Origin: Eubacteriales bacterium
GTDB taxonomy: Bacteria > Bacillota > Clostridia > Oscillospirales > CAG-272
Length of the DNA: 64,000 bases
Direction of reading: 5' to 3'
Assembly (NCBI GenBank): GCA_045577415.1
Contig: JAZNII010000045.1
Coordinates: 1,815 to 65,814 of the forward strand
Both the position numbers and the translations under genes were made by a program. Under the pieces are notes generated by a model, which made no database searches, was not told the DNA's origin, and saw only the letters and a program-made list of their open reading frames with translations. Below are positions 54,036 through 62,200 of the stretch, piece by piece. Numbering within the stretch: the stretch's first letter is position 1; each line of letters begins with the position of its first letter.

Positions 54036-56012
54036 TTATTCGTAATATCCGCAGTAGAGCAACCAAGCGTATTCCTGATTATAGGGCGCGCCGAGAAGCA
54101 CTCTTGTGAATATATTGGTGTCTTCGTTATCGGACCACCAGCCGTTTTTGTCACCAAAGGCCTTTACCGCTTCGGCAAGCTTTTCGGTCAAAGGAACACG
54201 CACGGGATCCGTGGGAGCGGACGTTGTTTCTAAGGGATCCGGCATACCGCACTGCATGAAAAGCTCGTTGTAGCTTCGCTTTTCAACGACGTTGCCGTCG
54301 ATATCATAGATATACGCGCCCATTCTCTGGTGTGCGCAAATGGTGAAAATGCTTGCGATATATCGAGAATCTGTGGTAAGGTCTATAAAGATAACGGGAC
54401 CGTCCTTGCTGCCAAGGTGATAATATCCGTCATCGGAATTAAGCACCGCGGAGAGGGAGGTGTTGGTAACGTCGAATGTGACGTATGTTCCTTCCTGAGG
54501 ATAGTTTTTCATTTCCTCGACCTTATCTGCGTCCTCCTGATAAGGGGTCCAGGGCTGATCCCCAAGTCTTGTCCCCGGGTCTCCCGCATTTTGAATATTC
54601 AAAATACACTCGGTCGCGCTCTTCGACTTTATAGCAAAGACGTAAGACGCTCCGATATTAGTGGGATAAATACTAAAGGAAAGTCCGTTTCCGTATTTAG
54701 AGAAGTCGCTGTTATCCTTGGAAATATCATTGCCTTGAACGAAGAACGTGCCGCCGTGATAGCTGACGGTAAGATCGGAATCACACTCGTAGGTGATCGT
54801 GTATATAGCAGCGACCTCGGGAGTGAAAATGAAGAAGGAGTAATCGTTTGGGGTAAGGGAAACCTTATACGATCCCTCTGTGATGTATTGAGCGTTGTAG
54901 TCAGCGTCAATAGGAGAGGAAACGTATATCGGGTCGTCTGCTTCCTTCGCGGTGCGATAAAGCTTTATACTTAAAGATTTATGAGCTGTTGAGATCGCAC
55001 AGGATGACGCATCATATACGTATTCCTCCGAAAGCAGGGAAAGATCAAGCTCAACGGTATAATCGCCGTCCTCCAGATCGAATGTGGTATACTGACCGTT
55101 ATAGGATGACATTTTGACCACTTCGCCGTCCTTGAGAACCTTAACTATAATGTCGGTCATAGGATTGCCAAGACCGTCGGTGATCCAGACACCGTAATTG
55201 CCCTTGAATCCGCAGGAAGTGCAAACTCCGCCCATGAAGGAGTGACCCTTGGGAGCGATGGGCAGCTGAGACGCGGTGATGGTTCCGCATACAGAGCATT
55301 TCTTGCCGTCGGTAGTACCTGCTTCGTCACAGGTAGGCGCCTTGCCGAGAATAGTTTCTTCTGTGTGGTTGTTAGTTTTTGCTATTGCTTGAGTATCAAT
55401 AGTTTCACCGCACTCGCAAATAAGAGAGATCACTCCTGTTTCTACGCACGTTGCAGGTTTTGTTACTGTCCAAGAGGAAGCGGAATGGACGTGATCGACG
55501 CTGATTGTAGGAATAGCTTCGGTGAGAAGAACCAGTTTACAACGGGTACACTCCTTATGCTTTTTTCCTTCTGTTTCGGTGGTCGCGGTGAAATCTATCA
55601 TCCAGTCGCTCTCTGAATGTCCAAGGGCAGAGATTATATCTTGTGATATGATCACAGCGTCGCAAACAGAGCATTTTTTGCCCTGCGTGAGACCTTCCTC
55701 GGAGCAGGTTGCCGCACGTCCCTCGATAATCTCCTCGGTGTGGGCCAGCATTTCGACATCCTCGGTTTCAAGGATCTCGCCGCATGTGATACATTCCTTG
55801 TGCTTTGAGCCTTTTGATGAGCAGGTCGCGTCGGCATCAACGATCCAATCGCTTGCCTGATGCTCGTCGCATTCGGCAGATGAGCTTTCGTCGGTGTCTC
55901 TGCTTGTCTCCAAGGGAGTCGAAGAAAAGAAATCACAGGAGACCGCGAAAAGGGTCATAACCGAAACTATACATATAGCAAACGCTATTTTCGCATATTT
56001 GTTGATATTCAT
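54036..56012 (-). CDS. Cys-rich lipoprotein with ~41-aa His+3Cys repeats, an Ig-like domain and a C-terminal DGYYH...CGYY module
   Basis: Lipobox FAVSC. Five and a half repeats (H..ATCxxxG..KxCxxC). GVWITDGLGNPM..DGDYTVEL beta-sandwich. The C-terminal module is shared with the 960-aa neighbour. Confidence 0.75.
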   Translation of the reverse strand: MNINKYAKIAFAICIVSVMTLFAVSCDFFSSTPLETSRDTDESSSAECDEHQASDWIVDADATCSSKGSKHKECITCGEILETEDVEMLAHTEEIIEGRAATCSEEGLTQGKKCSVCDAVIISQDIISALGHSESDWMIDFTATTETEGKKHKECTRCKLVLLTEAIPTISVDHVHSASSWTVTKPATCVETGVISLICECGETIDTQAIAKTNNHTEETILGKAPTCDEAGTTDGKKCSVCGTITASQLPIAPKGHSFMGGVCTSCGFKGNYGVWITDGLGNPMTDIIVKVLKDGEVVKMSSYNGQYTTFDLEDGDYTVELDLSLLSEEYVYDASSCAISTAHKSLSIKLYRTAKEADDPIYVSSPIDADYNAQYITEGSYKVSLTPNDYSFFIFTPEVAAIYTITYECDSDLTVSYHGGTFFVQGNDISKDNSDFSKYGNGLSFSIYPTNIGASYVFAIKSKSATECILNIQNAGDPGTRLGDQPWTPYQEDADKVEEMKNYPQEGTYVTFDVTNTSLSAVLNSDDGYYHLGSKDGPVIFIDLTTDSRYIASIFTICAHQRMGAYIYDIDGNVVEKRSYNELFMQCGMPDPLETTSAPTDPVRVPLTEKLAEAVKAFGDKNGWWSDNEDTNIFTRVLLGAPYNQEYAWLLYCGYYE

Positions 56013-56090
56013 ATTTTTCCTCCATAAATGCGGAAAACTGTATTTGTGGGGTGTCGCACACGCGACAACCCCATTTTTGAGTAATAAATC

Positions 56091-58973
56091 TTAGGGTGCG
56101 GGAGTAATGTTGGTACTGCCGAGATGTCTGTAATAATAGCAAAGCTTAGTCCAGGAATTAGTTACTCCCTTGAAGGAATATTTGTCCATAAGCTGTTGGA
56201 GCAGAGAAGCAAGCTCTGCGTCAACGGGAACGCAACCTTCAAGCTCAGGTGCTTCGTCGGTCTTGGGAAGCATCTTTTCAAGGTAAGCTGAGATCTCGTC
56301 GGTGAGATCCTCTCCGCCGCCGTGATATTTGCCGGCAAGAACCTCCTCAAGCTGATATATCTGCTCCCATTCAGCGTAGGAGTCGCCCCAGAGCTTCTCA
56401 TAATATTCGAGACAAGCATCCTTGTCTCCGCCGAACTCCTTAAGCTTTGCAAGAACCATCTGGTCGGTTTCATTGACCGAAAAATCAAAGCCTCCGAGCT
56501 TGATCATCTCTTCGATAGAATGAGAGAACATACCCGTTGAGGTAGAGAAGTCGGCGTAAACGACAGAGCCGAGAGTTCCGTCCTCGCGAAGCTCGTGATA
56601 AAAGCCGTCCTCTCCAAGCTTAACGTTGATACCGCCCGCGACGGTCTCGTTGATCTGCCCGCCCGTGCTTTCGTGAAAAGTAAAATATCCGGGGGATGCA
56701 AGATGGAAATGCTCGTAGCTTTCGCCAATGTAGGAAACCGTAAACGTAAATGTTCCTACAGCGTAGATGTCGTAATAAGCGATGTCGATATAATAGGTCT
56801 CGCCCGCCTCCATATATTCTACCATAGAGACGTTGACAGTGTCGAGAGTAAGGTTGCCGTAAGGACGGTCAACTATCGCTGCTGTGTGTATGCACTCATA
56901 GTTGCTGTTGAAGATCCAACCGTCAACGGGGTCATCGCTCTGGGATCTGATGAAATATACACCCGACTTTTCGGGAACGAACTTGTATTTAAGTCCGCGA
57001 GGCATTATAACTCTGCCGTCGTAGGTTACGGTGTTGAATTTTTCCTCGGTCTCGGTGGAGAGTACCGTGTCAAACGCCGCGAAGAATGCAATGCCCTTGA
57101 CGGGATCCTCAAGCTGCTTGTCGGTGCCGTAAGCATCGTAGTAGGAGCAAGCCTGAAGCCACTGGTTGGGATTGTTCTTTTCCAATCCAACTATGTCGGC
57201 AGCCGCTTCAAGTATCTGCTTCAGCTCCTCGGTAACGGGGGAGAAGCCGTAAAGAGTACCGTTTATAGAGTGGTTACAATAGTTAACAAGAGTTTCATAG
57301 AGATTAACGCCGTCCGAGACCAGCTTGCCGTCGTATCCGAGCTGATTAAGAGACTCGGCGCTGAGCTGAGTTTCCGCCATCAGGTTGACGAGAAGGAGGG
57401 GACCGTTAGCGTTGCCTACATGGTAGTAGCCGTCTTTTTCATTGAATACAGGAGTAATATACTGCTGATAGCCAAGTCCGTTAGCGTTGGGCTTGGTAGC
57501 CGCCTGACGGGGAATATATGTGGGGGCGTTTACCTCGCTTGCCGAAACCTTGCGGAAATTGCGGAGATATACGGTGTCATCGCCGGTATCGGTCGAGTCG
57601 TCCTTAAGATATATGAAAGAAACTGTGTATTCGCCGTCCTCCGTAGCAACGTAGGGGAAGCAGGTAGTCCAGTCCTCGCTGACACCCGAAAGTCTGTAAA
57701 TATCCTTTTCGTTAACAAGGATATAGAGGATGTCAACGCCGATCTCGGACTCCGCGAACCAATCGATAGCAAGAGCCTCACCCGCTCTCAGGCTAACTGT
57801 CGCGTGGAGAGTTGCAAAAGAAGCATCCTTGTATTTGTTGGCGGGATATACGCAAGCCGTGCCATTCTTCTCGCCGATTATGAAGGGCCAAGAATATTCA
57901 GCGTCGTCAGCCTCGGTTTCGGGATAATACGTTGCGGTAAAGCCTGCGCCGTTAAGGACTGCGCCTATCTCCTCGGAGGAGGGCATCTCAACGTCGGGCT
58001 TTTCTGTGGGAGTAAGCTCCTCAATGGAGGTGATGAGCTTCTGCTGATAGTTTTCTGCGGAGAAATGCTCAAATGCCGCAACGAAAGGTTTTTCGCTGGT
58101 AAGACCGCCTATCTCGATAAGACAAATAGTGCCGTAACGGTCAACGAATATAGACGTAGGATAGCCCTGAAGATTGAAAGCTGAACCCAGTCTGGAATAG
58201 TCCTTTGCCACGGGGAAGGTAAGACCCATGGTAGCCTTGAAATCTCTGACGGTTACGTCGTTGTCGCCTGCATAGTTGTTGAGAGCTATGACCTCAATCT
58301 CGTCGCTGAATTTCTCATAAGCGCTTTGCATATAAGGAAATTCGTTGATACAGGGAGAGCAGGTGGAGTACCAGAAATTGATAAGCACGCCCTTCTTGGT
58401 CTTAAGTGCCTCGGAGAGGGTAAACGTGCTTCCGTCGGTAGTGGTAACGGTGAAATCACGGATGATGTCGCCAAGCTCGTACTGAACGCCCGTAAGGTCG
58501 GAATCCATAATTACAGAGGAGGAGAGAACTATATCCAAGGCTTTGCCTTCAAAGGAGTAGCTATCCTCAACTATATATCCTTCCAGATCGTCTTCTGAAA
58601 GCTTGACTACATAGCCGTCGGCAGGCTTGAGAGAAATCTTTCCCATACCCTCATCGTCGGTCTTGCCGTACGAGATCAAGTCATCTCCAAGATATATGTA
58701 GAAATTAAGCTTGGACATGGGGCGACCGCCGATAGATCTGATGCTGACGGTATATTCTACCTTGCCGTCATTGTTTGTCTCGCCGCTTTGAGTATCGCTC
58801 TCGTCCTCCGAAGATTCGGAGTCAAGGGTGTCGGTCGTTTCCGATGAGGTCTCACCGCCGAATATGCCACTAAACATAGCGCCTATGTTGCATCCCGTAA
58901 AGGAGATGGCAACAGCGCCGAGAGAGATAAGCATAGCCAGCGTGATAGCAATTTTTTTCAGGTTTTTTCTCAT
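56091..58973 (-). CDS. large lipoprotein with a carboxypeptidase-regulatory-like domain, a TlpA-like thioredoxin domain (CSPC) and two copies of an unknown DG[YF]YH...CxYY module
   Basis: Lipobox FTGC. VEYTVSIRS..DDEGMGKISL. GVLINFWYSTCSPC (58350-58361) ..GYPTSIFVDRYG. DGYYH (aa 514) ..WLQACSYY, and DGFYH (aa 789) ..WTKLCYYY. Confidence 0.8.
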   Translation of the reverse strand: MRKNLKKIAITLAMLISLGAVAISFTGCNIGAMFSGIFGGETSSETTDTLDSESSEDESDTQSGETNNDGKVEYTVSIRSIGGRPMSKLNFYIYLGDDLISYGKTDDEGMGKISLKPADGYVVKLSEDDLEGYIVEDSYSFEGKALDIVLSSSVIMDSDLTGVQYELGDIIRDFTVTTTDGSTFTLSEALKTKKGVLINFWYSTCSPCINEFPYMQSAYEKFSDEIEVIALNNYAGDNDVTVRDFKATMGLTFPVAKDYSRLGSAFNLQGYPTSIFVDRYGTICLIEIGGLTSEKPFVAAFEHFSAENYQQKLITSIEELTPTEKPDVEMPSSEEIGAVLNGAGFTATYYPETEADDAEYSWPFIIGEKNGTACVYPANKYKDASFATLHATVSLRAGEALAIDWFAESEIGVDILYILVNEKDIYRLSGVSEDWTTCFPYVATEDGEYTVSFIYLKDDSTDTGDDTVYLRNFRKVSASEVNAPTYIPRQAATKPNANGLGYQQYITPVFNEKDGYYHVGNANGPLLLVNLMAETQLSAESLNQLGYDGKLVSDGVNLYETLVNYCNHSINGTLYGFSPVTEELKQILEAAADIVGLEKNNPNQWLQACSYYDAYGTDKQLEDPVKGIAFFAAFDTVLSTETEEKFNTVTYDGRVIMPRGLKYKFVPEKSGVYFIRSQSDDPVDGWIFNSNYECIHTAAIVDRPYGNLTLDTVNVSMVEYMEAGETYYIDIAYYDIYAVGTFTFTVSYIGESYEHFHLASPGYFTFHESTGGQINETVAGGINVKLGEDGFYHELREDGTLGSVVYADFSTSTGMFSHSIEEMIKLGGFDFSVNETDQMVLAKLKEFGGDKDACLEYYEKLWGDSYAEWEQIYQLEEVLAGKYHGGGEDLTDEISAYLEKMLPKTDEAPELEGCVPVDAELASLLQQLMDKYSFKGVTNSWTKLCYYYRHLGSTNITPAP

Positions 58974-59117
58974 ACAAAATCTCCATTTCGCAAAATTTAC
59001 TCTTTAGATTACCATATATTCCGTAAAAAATCAAGAGGTACAAAAAATATTACACTTTTTTCACGATAAAGTTACAAATAGCGCCAAGAAAAGTATCGAA
59101 ATGCGGCTCAAAAGCAC

Positions 59118-59146
59118 TTGAAATTGTTATGAACATATGATATAAT
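59118..59146 (+). promoter_or_regulatory. promoter of the S8 peptidase gene
   Basis: TTGAAA (59118-59123), 17 nt, extended -10 TGaTATAAT (59138-59146). It is bracketed by the 8-bp inverted repeat AAGCACTT (59112-59119) / AAGTGCTT (59150-59157). Confidence 0.6.
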
Positions 59147-59227
59147 TATAAGTGCTTGCGCGATTATACTGTTAATTATATTAATATATAATCAAACAAA
59201 TAAAATTCCCACGGAAGGAAAAATCAA

Positions 59228-62200
59228 ATGGCAAAAAGAAAAACACTGATGAAATGGGGAAGCGTTGCCACCGTTTCGATACTTATTCTGGCTATCGCCG
59301 TATCGGTATTGGTCAACTTTGGCGGAAGCCCCTCGGACGAGGTATCCTCTATCATCAACACAAGCGACCGAAACATCAATAAGAATCTTGGTCAGTTTAT
59401 CGACAGCTCGGTAATGTATAAGCTCCCCGATACTGTCAAGGAAACCGACGACATATCGGTCATCATTCAGACTAAAAAGGACTCGCTTCTCGACGCGTAC
59501 GACAAGGCGGACACCGAGCTTTCTTTCTCGCAGTTCGTGTTCTCGGACGACGCAAAGGCGGTCACCGACAATATCATCAAAGAAAAGGACATCATAACCG
59601 ATGCTTTTGACGAGCAAGGCTTTGATTACACTCTCGGAGCAGACTATAAGGCTATCTTCGGCGGCTTTGAGGTAATTATCAAGGCAGGAGATTTCGAGCA
59701 TCTCTGCAACGCTCTCGGCGACAGAGCTACGGCTATCGTGGGCGACGAATACAAGCCCTGCGAGACACAGCTTGTTGAGAATAAGGTAAATGTTTATGAA
59801 ACGGGTATCTTCAACAGTTCCTCCTTCGGCTATGACGGCACGGGAATGGTCGTTGCGGTCCTCGATACGGGTCTCGACTACAACCATACCGCGTTTTCGG
59901 TAAATAACTTTACCGCGGACAGAAACAAGCTCGGTATGACGTACGCCGACGTCGAAAGCTTTATTTCCGACACCAAGGCAAGCAAGCTCCATTCGGGACT
60001 TACCGCGGCGGACGTATATCTGAACGAAAAGGTACCCTTTGCCTTTGACTACGCGGACTACGATCCCGACGTTTACCCCATGACACCTCAGGCAAGTGAA
60101 CACGGAACTCACGTTGCGGGCGTTATCGCGGGTAAGGACGATGTTATAACGGGTGTCGCTCCCAACGCCCAGCTTGCAATAATGAAGATATTCTCCGACG
60201 TTGTCTCCACCGCGAGAACCTCATGGATACTCAGCGCGCTTGAGGACTGCGTTATCCTTGAAGTAGACGTTATCAATATGTCCATTGGTACAAGCTGCGG
60301 ATTCAGCAGAGAAATGGACAAGGAGGCTATCTCGGGTGTTTACGACCGCATCCGTGAGACGGGAATCAGTATGGTCGTTGCGGCATCCAATAGCTTCAAT
60401 TCGACCTACGGCTCGGAGAAGAACGGTAATCTCGGTCTGACCTCCAACCCCGACAGCGCAACGGTAGGCTCTCCTTCCACCTACGAGGGCGCTATGTCGG
60501 TAGCATCCATCAGCGGAGTAAAGACCCCTTACATACTCTACGACGGCAAGATCATTTACTTTACCGAATCCACCGACCGCGTTGCCGAGGAGAAGAATTT
60601 CTACGACGATATTCTTCCCGAGGGAGTCGATTCGATGGAGATCGAATATGTCACCATTCCCGGCGCGGGACGTTCTGCCGATTACAGCGGACTTGACGTT
60701 ACGGGCAAGATCGTGCTTGTGCGCCGCGGAGCTACGACCTTTGAAGAAAAGGCAAACGTAGCGCAGAGCAAGGGTGCAGCAGGCATTATCATCTATAATA
60801 ATGTGTCGGGTGACATCAAGATGAATGTCGGCGACGCTACGCTTGGCGTCTGCTCGATCGGTCAGGACGACGGTGAGATGCTTGCGGCGGCAGGAAGCGG
60901 AAAGATCACCCTCAGCCGCACTCAGACCTCAGGTCCCTTTATGTCCGACTTCTCGTCCTGGGGACCCACTCCCGACCTTGGCATCAAGCCCGAGATCACC
61001 GCTCACGGCGGTATGATCTATTCGGCAGTTCCCGGACAGAGCTATGACCGTCAGTCGGGTACGTCTATGGCATGCCCCAATATCGCGGGTGTGACCGCGC
61101 TTATCCGTCAGTACGTGGTGCAGAATTTCCCCGAGATCGCAAACGATCCCGTAAAGGTAACGGCTCTGGTCAATCAGCTCATGATGTCCACCGCCGACAT
61201 AGTTTATAACGTAAACGGTCTGCCCTATGCCGTAAGAAAGCAGGGAGCAGGTCTTGCGAATCTTGACAACATTGGAAACACAAAAGCTTACATCATCACC
61301 TACAGAGACGGTGAGGAGATGGACAAGACAAAGATCGAGCTTGGCGACGATCCCACAAAGAGCGGTGTCTACACTCTTACCTTCTCGGTCAAGAACTTTG
61401 GAAATGCGGCTCTCTCTTACGATGTATCGGCATACGTTATGACCGAGGGTGTCAGCGACACCAAGACCAATCAGGGTGAGACCACCGTTGACGAGCTTGG
61501 ATATATCCTCGACGGTGCAAACGTGGCTATCACCTCTTACAGCAACGCAACCGTAAACGGTATGAACCTGACCGTTGGCGCAGGTCAGACCGCCGACGTA
61601 ACCGTAACCATCACTCTCTCCGACTCCGATAAGCAGTACCTTGACGACTTCTTCGAGAACGGTATGTACGTTGAGGGCTTCGTGGTTCTTGACGCGGCAG
61701 AGGAGAGCGTTGTGGACCTCAGCGTTCCTTATCTCGCGTTCTACGGCGATTGGACACGCGCGCCTCTCTTTGACCTTGATTATTTCGCAACCAACAAGGA
61801 CGAGCTTGACGACTCCATCGACCTTCTCGACAAGACTCTTCCCGATGCATATGCAACCAGACCTATCGGTAGCGTTCAGAGCGACTACGTAAGCTACCTC
61901 GGCTCATTCTATTTCGTGCAGGATCCCGCAACCAAGCAGATCAGTGCCGACAGAAAGTATGTCTCTCTCTCCAATCAAGAGGGTTCGGTCCACGAACTGA
62001 GTAATGTCTGGGCGGGACTTCTCCGAAATGCGTCCAAGATAGTCGTAACTATCACCGACGCATCTACGGGCGAGGTCGTATTTGAAAAGGTGGACGAGGA
62101 TGTCCGCAAATCCTACGGCGACGGCGGCTCGATCTATCCCGCAGACGTAAAGATAGGATTTGACGCCTACGAGCATAATCTTAAAAATAATACCCAATAT

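Noticed and set aside
56595-58184. Other long antisense ORFs: 56595-58184 (+), 59192-60112 (-), 19704-20924 (+), 33826-34746 (+), 35968-37002 (-), 2399-3343 (-), 54330-54974 (+), 47239-48036 (+).
   Set aside because: Each lies opposite a gene with clear motifs (redoxin lipoprotein, S8 peptidase, M24 peptidase, pepT, glpK, mfd, Cys-rich lipoprotein, symporter). None has a Shine-Dalgarno sequence or a family signature.
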